DNA from: Azolla caroliniana
Lineage: Eukaryota; Plantae; Polypodiophyta
Assembly (NCBI GenBank): GCA_043228905.1
Contig: JBHGNT010000017.1
Location: 5,084,001-5,148,000, forward strand
Reading direction: 5' to 3'
Length of the DNA stretch: 64,000 nucleotides
The notes under the pieces were generated by a model that saw nothing but the letters and a program-made list of their open reading frames with translations, searched no databases and had not been told where the DNA came from. The position numbers and the translations under genes are program-made. Each line of letters begins with the position of its first letter. Within the stretch, counting starts at the first letter, position 1. Positions 1 through 11,267 of this stretch are shown here, in pieces.

Positions 1-956
1 CCCCTCTCGATTGAAACCTCAAACTGGATGTCGACTCTGGCATGGAAAAGTGTGAGCCAACTCAGTATCGACAATTGATTGGGAGCCTCATCTATCTCAC
101 AATCACTCAACCTGACCTCAGCTACCCGGTCGGTCTCCTTAGCCAATTCATGCAAAAGCCACGTGACATTCACTTGGATTTCACTAAGCAAGTGTTACGA
201 TATGTGAGTGGCACAATGGATTGTGGCATTCTCTACAAATCAGCCACACGAATTCGACTCGAGGGGTACATAGGCGCCGACTGGGCTAGATACAGAGCCA
301 ACCAACGATCGACCTCAGGATTCGTCTTCTCGCTCAGCAACAAAGCAATATCCTAGAGTAGCAAGAAGCAGCTGACTGTTGCACTTTCGAGCACAGAGGC
401 CAAATACAAGGGCGCGGTTATGGCTGCATGTGAAGTCGTATGGCTCAAGAGGATTTTGAAGGATCTAGGCATTCCCATCAAGGATCTGACTTCCCTTTAC
501 TACGACAACATGAGTAGTATTTATCTGGCTCGGAACCCAGTGTTCCACGCATGCACGAAGCATATGGAAGTGCACTATCACTTCATCCAAAAGCTCGTTT
601 AGGCTGGAGATGTCGACCTTCAACACATCAACACGAATCTTCACACAGTCGACATCTTCATCAAAGTCCGAGGAGCCGACAAGCTTCAGCAATTCATGTC
701 AGACCTTGGATTGATGGTCCTTGACTTGCCAAGCTTGAGGAGGAGTACAAGAGAGAACCCGATATCGTCCGAACCGGGTACCACCCGAAGCGGAAATCAA
801 ACAAGAGAGAACGAGATACCAGCTGACGCGGACATCAACCGAAAGGAACCAACCCGAGTTGATCTTCAGGAGGCGTGTTGAGAATCAATCTCAACCTAGT
901 CTAGTGTGTGAACACACCCTTTGAGAATCTATGAGCACTCAAAGGTCAAAGGTCAC
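1..956 (+). mobile_element. Degenerate Ty1/Copia LTR retrotransposon, 3' end (RT C-terminus/RNase H remnant, PPT, start of 3' LTR at 876)
   Basis: Broken ORFs 42-356 and 420-602 carry the motifs YRQLIGSLIYLT..PDL, ADWA..RSTSG and ARNPVFHA.TKH.EVHYHF. A purine tract is followed by TGTTGAGA at 876. The LTR is cut at 957 by the next element. Confidence 0.85.
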
Positions 957-1359
957 TGTCATGAATAGTATTGAGACAGAGAAGAAATTAGTACTAAGAG
1001 AGGAATATTAGTACTAAGAGGAATAGAGGGTGTAGAACACCCGAGAGAAGGAGAGAGAAAGATTCAGAGAGTCAGAGATCGAGGGAGACAAAATGATGAT
1101 AGCAACGATATATTATGTGAGAAGAATATACAAGGAAGGCTAGGAGGCTTAAGACTGGCATTGAACCGATTTGGTTCGAAATAATGCCTTGTGCCTCTTT
1201 TTATAGTGTTCTCAGGAGTAGTCCTAAAGCTTCTAGAATGTTCCAGAGAAATCAGGAATATACATTAATTTTTTATAGTGAAATAATGTATAGTTTAATG
1301 GCAATGGCTCGACCCATGTAACATAAGGTCATGGGTTCGAATCTTGCCATATCATGACA
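957..1359 (-). repeat. 3' LTR of chromovirus copy 1
   Basis: TGTCATGA/TCATGACA inverted termini; similar to the other two copies of this LTR. Confidence 0.9.
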
Positions 1360-3948
1360 CTATCCCCCTCTTTAAAACGACGAGTATTACGAGTCATTTT
1401 GGATTGGGGACTCGGTTTGTCTGGATATTGACGATGAAAGTCTTCAAGAAGAGTATGAGTATTGGTCACATTCTCTATGGGTTCCCAACCACGTTCGCTG
1501 GGATTATATCCTAACCAATCGACCAAATAGTAGAGCTTGTTGCAAACAATCTTGGAATCGAGGATGGCAGCAACCTCGTACTCAGGTCCATCTTCAATTT
1601 CGATCGGGGGTAGAGGTGGTTTGATACAACTTGGGATAGTGTTCTCCTAATAGGGTTCTAGAAGAGAATTATGAAATACCCGATGTATTAGTAGTTGCGG
1701 CGGTAGATCGAGATGAAAAGCGACATCATTAATTTTTCTGATAATACGGAAAGGACCTAATCGCCGATAATCCAATTTATTGCATGGCTGAGTAGTCTTG
1801 ATGTGTCGTTGTAATAGCCATACCCGATCTTCAATATTAAAACTGGATGGAAGTTGATGATGATCCGCATAATCCTTGTGTGTTTGTTGAGCTTGTTGTA
1901 AATGAGTAGATAAATCCACCTGTATCTTGCGTAGCTGCTTTAAACGATCCTCTACACAAGGATTTGTGGGTAACTCCGGAGTTTCGAATACACACCACCG
2001 GGGATGATAGCCCGTATAAGCATAAAATGGTGTAACCTTAGTCGATGAGTGGACAGAGTTATTATACGCAAATTCGGCGAAGTGGAGAATATCCTTGGTG
2101 ATAGCTTAGGAAACACCAAAGATATTGTTCCAGCATTTGATTTGTTCGTTCTACTTGTCCATCTATTTGCGGGTGGTAACCAGATGAGAGGTTACAAGTG
2201 ACCTTGCGCATTTTGAAGAGGTGCTTCTAGAATTTCGAGACGAATTGAGGTCAACGATTGCTGATGATACTATTGGGAAGACCATCATGCCGACATACCT
2301 CACCCATGACAGTTTCGGCGGTTTCTTCACTAGTGATTTCCTTAGTACATGGCAGGAAATGAGCCATCTTCGTATATTGATCTACTTCTATTAAAATCGC
2401 ATCGAATCCCTTAGAAACTGGAAGATTTGTGATGAAATCTAGAGCAATGGATTTCCACTACTTGCTTGGAATTGGTAATGGTTCTAATAAACCATATGCA
2501 TGATGCCTTCGCATTTTTGCTCTACAACATGTATCACATGTCCGAACATAATCTTCGACAAATCGGCGCATATGGGGCTACTAGAATGATCGGTGTACTA
2601 AATCTAATGTTTTAGTACTACCAAAATGCCTAGTTCTACATGTGTCATGACAATTTTGGACTACTTGAAGGCGACAAGAACCATTAGGAACATACAAGAG
2701 CCTCTTAAAGAATAGTAATCCATCATGACATTTGAATTGTCGATAATCTGTACCTGGTTGTTGCGACTGTGAACAAGATGCCCGAGAGGGGTCAATATGT
2801 GCTAGAATGGCTTGAGCGAAAGCATCTGTCTTCAAGTCCTCACATATGGTATTGATAATGTGGGAATCCAATGGCATATTGAAAACTCGCGTTGCTTGCA
2901 GTCGTGCCGGTCCCAGGATTACTTGCTTTTGGTTATCGAATGTTGGCTCACTAGGACGCGGTGCTAGATAAGAGCATCGTGATAATGCATCTGCGTTCCC
3001 TTGCTACTTTCTAGGACGATATGTAATTTTGAAATCGAAACGAGTCAGGAATTGGGCCCATCGAGCTTGACGTCGATTTAATACATGAGCATTTTGGAAG
3101 TAGGCAAGATTTTTTTGATCATTGAATACGATGACTTGATGAGAAGATCCCTCTAGAAAATGCCTCCATTGCCTTGTTGTGAAAGAATGCTACCCAAGGA
3201 GAAATCTGACGCATCTACCTCAATGATGAATGGTTTTGCTAGATCAACATGAGCTAGAATAGGAGCTGATGTAAATGCCTTCTTAAGACTCTCAAAAGCC
3301 ATGTCCGCTTCTTTAGACCAAACAAACAACTCCCCCTTCTTGGTAAGTTGTGTGAGAGGTAGAATAAGCTTTGAGTAATCCTGTATAAACTTGCGGTAGA
3401 AATTCGCAAGGCTTAAAAAGCATTGCACATCTCGCAATGAACGTGGAGTCTGCCACTCTACCACAGTTTTGACCTTAGCTGGATCCATAGAGATGCCTTC
3501 TGAGGAGATGACATAACCCAGAAATTCCACATGGTTGCACTCGAAGCTACATTTTTCTAGTTTTGCATAAAGACCATGTTCTCAAAGCCGTTTTAGTACT
3601 AATAGTACATGAGAATTATGCTCTTCTTGGGTCTTCGAATAAACTAGTAGATCATCCAAATTGTTGATCAAACAAACATCCAAGAGATCTCGGAATATAT
3701 CATTTGCCATGTGCTGGAAGACTGTTGGTGCATTAGTGAGACCGAATGGCATGAGTGTATACTCGAAGTGCCCATATCTGGTGCAGAACGCGGTCTTCCA
3801 TTCATCTCCTGGTCGGATCCGCACGAGGTTATATGCTCCTTGTAAGTCGATCTTTGTGAAAAACTTTGCATCATTGATCCGTTCTAAAAGACTTGAGATA
3901 AGGGGAAATGCATACCTATTCCTGATGATGCCCTTATTCAAGCCGCGG
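957..3948 (-). mobile_element. Degenerate Ty3/Gypsy chromovirus copy 1 (3' LTR, chromodomain, integrase, RNase H, part of RT)
   Basis: LTR TGTCATGA...TCATGACA at 957-1359 is homologous to 53202-53639, with the PPT adjacent. Fragmented ORFs match the pol at 61401-63998 (FTKIDL, VDWLGY..WEP). Interrupted in RT by the LTR starting at 3949. Confidence 0.9.
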
Positions 3949-5489
3949 TGTCGTGATGTGGTGTGTTTAGTGCGAGAAAAAGTCAAAAAGTGAGGATACA
4001 CACACATTTTACAAATACTTGTAAAAATGAAAATAAATCAATAATAAATAAACCAAGAGCCTAATGGCATTGAGTGCATATAGAGGGGTGCAAGTAAGAT
4101 TTGAACCTTGCACCTCTAAGATAGGAGGCAATTAGCTTACCACTAAAGCTACTACTAAGTGCTTTAGATTTTGTATATTTCCTTGTCATATTCAGTATTC
4201 CATAAGAAACAAACGTACAAATCCATGTGCACAAAACCATGGTTTTAAGCCCATGGTTTTGTGCATGTCATAAGCAAAACCGTGTGCACAAAACCATGGT
4301 TTTAGCCCATGGTTTTGTGCATGTCACAAGCGTGGAGAGACCTATAAAAGCCTCTAGTTGGGATTGTGTAAGGGGGGTCAATTTGGAGATCATCATCATC
4401 AATAATAATATAATACTCTTCTTATTCTTCTTCTTGACATCTATTTTCTTCTCAAGTATAAAATCTTCGATCTTCTCAAGTGTAAGGGGGCTTAATATGT
4501 GATATCATTATCATCACCATCAATATAATCTTCTTCTTAATATTCTTCTTGAAATCTATCTTCTTCTTGAGTCTAAAAAATCTTTGCTTTTTTCAAATGT
4601 GACATTGGTTTCCTCGACTGTAATATCCACATCGTCATCTTTTTGACAAATTCGTGAACGTCCTCCTTGGTCCGTGGCCCCGGTGGTCCCACTCAAGTAG
4701 CACACGCATGCGAGCATCTTCGCGACATCATTTGGTGAACCCAACATGAAGAGCAGCAATGGAGGATGAAGATGGATGAGGAATATCTCATGGAGGCAAT
4801 GCCAAAGATGATAATGGAATATTCGACAGAAGGGAAAAGACAAGACATGGCCCAACAAGGTGTCGAGAGCGTGGTCGAGCGAGTCGGCTATTTCAACAGT
4901 GCAAAAGTCCAATATATTCTAAAAGTCTACAATGTCGAGATGGATTGGAGAGGTGTGAACGAAGCTATGAGGCTGTAGTACTTTTCTCGAGTGGTGGTTG
5001 AACCGATCTACAAAGAGGTAAAAGAGCTTCAAGAAGCTCATGATTCGTGGGTGATTTTCAAGGAGGCTCTATTGAAGGTATATGGCTACGAGACACCGAA
5101 GGGATGAGGTCAACGTGAGTTCGACCAATGGATGGCATCGGTGAAAACCCACCAAGGTGCGACACAAGCATTCCTAGACTTCGAGTGTCATTTTTCTCAA
5201 CTGTCGGAGCAGGAACAAGGATTGGTGGGGGTGGATAAGTTCTTGTTGCTCGTGAAGTCAATTGATCGAAGTGAAAGGATGACTATTGGACTCAAACTTG
5301 AAGAAGATTATGGTTCAAATGGCCTCACCGAGGGTTGGAGAAAAGGGGAAAGAGTATGCCAACTACATGATAAGAGGAAGACAAGATTCTCTTCAGCAAC
5401 AACACAACCCATGAGGGATGGTGAAAGGACGGGATGCGACTACACACAACCACCTAAAGAAGAAAGCTTGAAGATGGAAGGTTCGACGA
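3949..5489 (+). mobile_element. Truncated tRNA-Trp-primed Gypsy element A (5' LTR 3949-4727, PBS from ~4733, degenerate gag)
   Basis: LTR TGTCGTGA...CGCGACA, then TGGTGAACCCAACATGA (variant of the PBS at 21839 and 11264). Gag-like fragments (DKFLLLVKSID...GLTEGW) resemble those of elements B and C. Confidence 0.75.
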
Positions 5490-5944
5490 TGTCAGGATCA
5501 GTACTAAGACAGAGAAGGAATTAGTACTAAAAGATGACAATTAGTACTAAGAGAGGTGTAGAACTCTCGAGAGAAGGAAAGAGTGAGCGAGAGAGAGAGA
5601 TAGAGAGAGAGGAAGGTGACAAAATGATGATAAAAGATATATATTGAAAAGAATGGTGTGCAGAAGCAATATAGGAAACCGAACAACAGAAAACACAGGT
5701 TTAATGGAAAGCTTAGGTTTGCACAACATGCTGTCGCGGAAATACGACGAGGATACGTGAACGTTGAGGCAAGACCCCGGGGCCTTTGACTAGAGGATAT
5801 CAAATTCGTGTATTTATGTACTAAGAATTAACCGAAATGAGAAAGATTAACAAATTTCATTAACAAGTAGAAAGAAAGATTACAATTAATCCCAAGATTG
5901 GGATTACAAAAAGCCAATCTTTCGTCCCTCCGCGTCCAACCTCG

Positions 5945-6360
5945 TCCGGTAGCCGGTTCCATTTTGCTTGCCGGCCGGTTCTGGTTCCAATTTTGCTTGC
6001 CAGCCGGTTCCGGTTCCGATTTGCTGGCCGGTTCCGGTTCCGGTTTTGCTTACCGGTTCCGGTTCCGGTTTTGCTTACCGGCCGGTTTCAGTTTTGCTTA
6101 CCGGCCGGTTCCGGTTTTGTTTACCGACCGGTTCCGGTTTTGCTTGCCGGTCGGTTCCGGTTCCGGTTCCGGTTTGCATACCGGTTCCAGTTTCCGATTT
6201 GCATACCGATTCCAGTTTGCTTGCCAGTTCCGGTTCCAGTTTTGCTTATCGGCCTGTTTCCGATTTGCATACCGGCCAGTTTCCGAATTTGCTTACCGGA
6301 CCTGTTTTCCGGATTTGCTTACCAACCGGTTTCCGAATTTGCTTACCGGCCGGTTTCCAG
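5945..6360. repeat. CCGGTT-rich low-complexity array inside the element B LTR (second copy ~12010-12410)
   Basis: Degenerate repeats of (CCGGTT)n/TTTGCTTA; these produce the spurious RFRF/PVPV/GSGS ORFs. Confidence 0.9.
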
Positions 6361-6743
6361 TTTTAGGGAATTTGGCCACCATCATCCATCAAGACAAAGT
6401 GGCCAAAGTACTCTTAGCACAAATGAAAAATGAGGGAGCTCAAGGTGCTTATATAGCCAGGGCCTTAACTTTCCTATCTATGTGGGATAGTTCTAATTTC
6501 CCTATCTTCTCAAACTTTATTTTCACATAACTTGATATGTATTTCTCCATTTTGTATATAGTAAAATATGTTTTCAAGCTCTTGAGTATATCCATCTTTC
6601 TATAGTAAGCTACTAATCTAATCTATAATAATTATTTCATTATTTTTTTACATAGTGTGAGAAGATTCACACGATATTCGCCCCCACAAAACCTGCACAT
6701 CCACCGGTATGTGCCAATTTTGATGAGGCTCCACTTTTGTTTA

Positions 6744-8132
6744 CTATACTTTTTCATCGATGCTTAAGACTGAATCATCAAAAGCTTCGAATCCAATTTC
6801 TATTCTATCTCTTCTCTTGAAGATCTTGATTCTTTTACCGGCAATTGGCAAGGCAAGTGGTGTACCATCCAGTTCTACTAAATGATATGTTGCATTATCT
6901 TCCACTTTCTTCACCACAAATGGCCCAAACCTTCGTTGTGAGAATTTTCGAGCCGTACTATGTTGGTTATCTAGGCTACTGTCATAGACTAGCACCCAAT
7001 CTCCTTCAACGATTTTCCTCGGCCGAAGTCGATGTCGTTTATTGAAGTCTTTCTTGTTCTTTAGCCTTGCATTCTTTAGCCGCGCTTTAGCCTCCTCTAT
7101 ATCTTCCAAATTTCGCTCTAATTGTCGAATCCTCAATGCCAGAAGATCTTCTCTACTTATCTCATCTTGCCATGGCAATGCAAACCATGAAATAACACTT
7201 TGTTCTACAGGCATTATTGGCTTTTGTCTGAATATGAGCTCTGTCTGCATGTATCCCGTCACCGTGCTATGAGTAGTCCTGTCAGCCCATAGTGCAAATG
7301 GCAATAGACGCGGAAATTCTCCTATTTTCCCATGGCAAGCTTTCACTAGAGCCTTCACAATCGGTCCATGTCCACGTTCCACCTTCCCATTTGCTTCCGG
7401 ATTATACGCCATGGTAAGAGATAATTTGATTCCCATCCTCAAGAAGAATTCTCTAGCTTCATTGGCGTCCAACTCGCCTCTATCAGCCATTATCTTACCG
7501 ACGCATCCATATCTGCAAATAACATCTTCAAGAAGGAATCGACATACCGATGATGTCTCCTTAGTTCTTAATGCTCGCCCTTCAACTTGATTGGTAAGAT
7601 CCTCTCTCGTGAGCACAAGATACTTCATCTGCCATCGCCCCACTGGCATCATCACGATGTCCACCATCCACTTGTAATGCATAGCCAATGGGTAAGTCGG
7701 ATGAAGTCCATCTCGATGGCGAATATTCGAAAACATTTGACATTCCTTACATGTTTCCACATAAGCTGCTACATCTTTGTAGATGCCCGGCCACCAATAT
7801 TTCTCCTTAAGCTTCGCAAACATAGCCCATATTCCTCGATGGCCTGCAAAAACACTATCATGAAATTCAAACATTAGTTTTTGTTGGTCTTCTAGCTTGC
7901 AGACAACTCTCATCGGAGTCCCATTCTTCTTTTTTGCATGCCTCCAAAGAGCTCCATCCTTAAGGAAATACTTGTATGCCTTCTTCCGAATTCGATGGAA
8001 GTCTTCCATCGACCATGATTCATCTTTTTGGAGAGAACTCAAGTATTTCCCGATCTCCACGAATTCGCCTTTGTAGTCTTCTTCTATGAAAGTAGTCAAC
8101 ACCCGAGCGTAGGAACTTGCAAAGAAATCCAA
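6744..8132 (-). CDS. Gypsy-type integrase (element B)
   Basis: Uninterrupted 462-codon ORF: H..GH...C..CQ zinc finger, D (MVDIV), D (ADRGE), E (NGKVERGH), GPF module. Confidence 0.85.
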   Translation of the reverse strand: MDFFASSYARVLTTFIEEDYKGEFVEIGKYLSSLQKDESWSMEDFHRIRKKAYKYFLKDGALWRHAKKKNGTPMRVVCKLEDQQKLMFEFHDSVFAGHRGIWAMFAKLKEKYWWPGIYKDVAAYVETCKECQMFSNIRHRDGLHPTYPLAMHYKWMVDIVMMPVGRWQMKYLVLTREDLTNQVEGRALRTKETSSVCRFLLEDVICRYGCVGKIMADRGELDANEAREFFLRMGIKLSLTMAYNPEANGKVERGHGPIVKALVKACHGKIGEFPRLLPFALWADRTTHSTVTGYMQTELIFRQKPIMPVEQSVISWFALPWQDEISREDLLALRIRQLERNLEDIEEAKARLKNARLKNKKDFNKRHRLRPRKIVEGDWVLVYDSSLDNQHSTARKFSQRRFGPFVVKKVEDNATYHLVELDGTPLALPIAGKRIKIFKRRDRIEIGFEAFDDSVLSIDEKV

Positions 8133-9473
8133 GCCAACATCATCTTCATCAGAATGTCGCCGGTATGTGCCAATTGTGACGAGGCGCCATTTTTGTTTAC
8201 TTTAATTTTTCGTTGATGTACCCAAATCGCCATTGCCATCCGATCCACCATATTCTTTGTTTACTCTTTGCATTTCCATAACCGGTTGTCATGGCTCTCT
8301 TTGCTCCACTAGAGCATAATGCTTCATTCTTTATGCATGTGCCACCTTCATCTCGGCCATCTCCTTGGTCATCTAATTTTCTCTTATCATTCTTTCTCGT
8401 TCCATGCATGTCTTTCAAAGGCCTTATCGAAGTACTATTGTTGAGTACTCTTAGTGGTCCATTCTTTAACGACATGCTCTCTTGTAGATCCTTAAGTGAC
8501 CACATTGTATGCTTCCCACTTTGTCCACTTTCTTGGTATACTCTTGTGTTATAATTGACTATGACTTCTATGCTAGTATTATCCTTGTTAGATTTTGTGA
8601 TCACATCTTTCGTATCCGATTGGCCCACTTGGCCCCCATCTTTACTTTTTGAGGTTTGCTTGGTCTCTTTGTCGCACACATTTGCTTTTGTCTTCATGCT
8701 TTGCTTGACCTCTTTGTCGCACACATGGACTTTCGTCATTTTGCTTTGCTTTACTTCCTTGTTGCACATATTGGCTTTAACCCTTGCTTCCTCACCGCCA
8801 TCGTCCTTCTCTTGGGTCTTACATCGATTAATGCCCAAGTCTCTCAAACGAGTGTGGAGGAATTTTGTAGTTTGGCATTGCCTTTGTCGTGCTACTCTTT
8901 CCCACTTCCACCTTATGGTTGTTTGTGTTGGCGTTGATCTTTGTTTCTTTGCCGCCACCGTCCTTCGCTTGGGTCTTACATCGGTTAATGCCCAAGTCTC
9001 AAGAACTTTTGTGGGGAAAGTCTCTTCATGATCGTCTTCTACCCTCTTCGGCTTAACCTCTCCTTCTTCTTCGCATGTATTAGCCTTGGCCTTCACTTCC
9101 TCGCCGCCACCTTCCGTCTCTTGGGTCTCACGTTTGCTTTCCGACGCATCTGCCCAAGTCTCTAGAACAAATGTGGAGAAAGTCATGACACGGCCATCCG
9201 TCATTGACTGGTCCTTAGCCACCTTTGACTCGATGTCGTTTTTCGTGGCTATCTCCTCAATCATGTTGGCCTCACATTTTTTATCTCCCTTGGTCATGCA
9301 AGTTTTGCTCATGCTTGCACCTTCATCACTTGATGTTTCAAACATGTTGCGTGTTTCGAAACATTTGTCTTCGCTTGAAGTGGCATTCGCCACCCTCAAT
9401 TCATTGGTTTCTTTCTTTGTCATTCTTTCTTTGCAAGATGAGAAGGTCTCTTGTTCCACACCTTCTTCCATGG

Positions 9474-11267
9474 TTACATCATGGTACCGAACCTGGGCCT
9501 TTGTATCAACCGTAACATTAATCTACATTTGTTGGGAGGCCTCTTCTTCCTCGCTTCCGATCTTGCCATGGTTATGGCACTTGTTTTCACCTCCTCTTCA
9601 TCAAATTGTTGCCGCTTCCTTTTAATAAGGTCCACGATAGTATCATGGAACTCTTTCTTCGCAATCCCAAGTAGCTCTCTCAAGGTAAGGTCGACATGAC
9701 TATCTAAAACCTTCTCCTCAAGGACCTTCCGCAAGTTAGTTGTTTGTTCTATGTCCGACCTTAGCTTGTAAGTCGGTGCCGCTCGTTCTTTTCCTTTCTT
9801 CGTTGATTCTTCGACTTCCATCCGAGTAGGTTGACTCGATCCACCGGGCTTCATGTTTGTTTCACCAATCTCTTTTCTTGGGATAGGTTGGGGTGGCCCT
9901 TCTTTCCCTCCGTTCCTCGTGTTAGGTCACTTTGATGTGCCATCTTCTTCACCGGTTCTCTTCCTCTTCTCTTCGACAAGGGCATCATAGGTGTCACACA
10001 CAACCTCCGCAAAGCTTGTGTTTTCGTCGATTGGATCTGACCATCCGGTAGATCGTCGTACGTTTCGGTCAGCAAGTTTTAGATCCTCCGAATTGATTTT
10101 GCCTTTTTCTTCGCACTCGAAGACCGTTGGCCAAAACCCAGCTCCTGGTTTGATCATTTTAAGATTCTCTTTTCCAACTCGTATCCCAGCCGAAGCGGCA
10201 TAGTGCATAGCCTCCACATTCCTTGCATCTTCTTCTTCTACAATCTTTTTCAGCCCACCTTTTCCGAAGTTCACTCGTAGTGGTTTCCGGGTCTCACTCG
10301 AGTGAATCATGTTGCCATCCAAATAGACATTCTTGTGGATCGCATCTTGCAAGTCAGCACATTCCCTTCGTGAGTGTTCAAAGCTATCGCACCACACACA
10401 TCTATACGCTTCTTTTCCCTTGGGCCCGCATCGACCTAAGTTGGCTAGCGATACCGCTTCAAACTTCTTGGAGAGCTCTTCAATTGTAGACTCCTCCATT
10501 GCTTTCTTATCGAAATTGTTGAACGGCTTGTTAGACTCGATCGTAAGAGGTGCCTTCCTCCTCCACGATTGTGGATTCTCCATATCAGTTTCCTCTTGCC
10601 ATTGTCGACGCTTATCAAGACGGCTACAAGCCTTCTTCACTGCCGCCCAGTCCGCTACCAAGCCACTTGGTTGTGTTTCATCCTCCAAAAAGTTACCCAA
10701 TTCATGCCGATCTTTCGCATCCACTGCCTTTAGGAATAGTAGGACTTTATCTCCATCAAGAACTCGTTAATCAACACTTAGAAGTCGGTTATACTTCTGG
10801 TCAAATTCGGCATATACTCCAGATGCACAAATATTCTTTCCTTTCTTCTCAATCCAAGACATTAGCGTATGTTGAGTCATCCGTGATGCGTCTTCAAGCA
10901 GGTATTCAGCGAGAAGCGCTTTTTCGAACTCCGCCCAAGTTGCATGCTCGTTTTGAATCTCCATGACGCGCTCGCAGATCCCTGGTTCCACCACATGTTT
11001 GAAGCTAGAAATTTGTTTGAGATCATTGACATCCCTTTGTTGCATCTCGTTCCGATAGGTAACAAGAAAATCTGTGATGTTCTTACCACCAAATTGTCCG
11101 GCTATCTCAACCGTACGATCAACAGCTTTGTCGATTAGAGCTTCTCGATCTCTCACCTTCAGCATGTATTCCACTATGGACACCATGCCTTTCGTTAATT
11201 CCTCTCCTTGAGTTCCACTTGTGGAAGCCATCGTTGCACTTGATATCCTCCCTACCGCCTCTTTCAC
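9474..11267 (-). pseudogene. Disrupted gag of element B
   Basis: ORF pieces 10767-11267, 9927-10724 and 9474-9854 begin just after the PBS; zinc knuckle CVWCDSFEHSRREC. Confidence 0.75.

Noticed and set aside
5898-6530. ORFs rich in RFRF/PVPV/GSGS (also 11861-12535)
   Set aside because: Translations of the CCGGTT array within LTRs; open in several frames because the repeat lacks stops.
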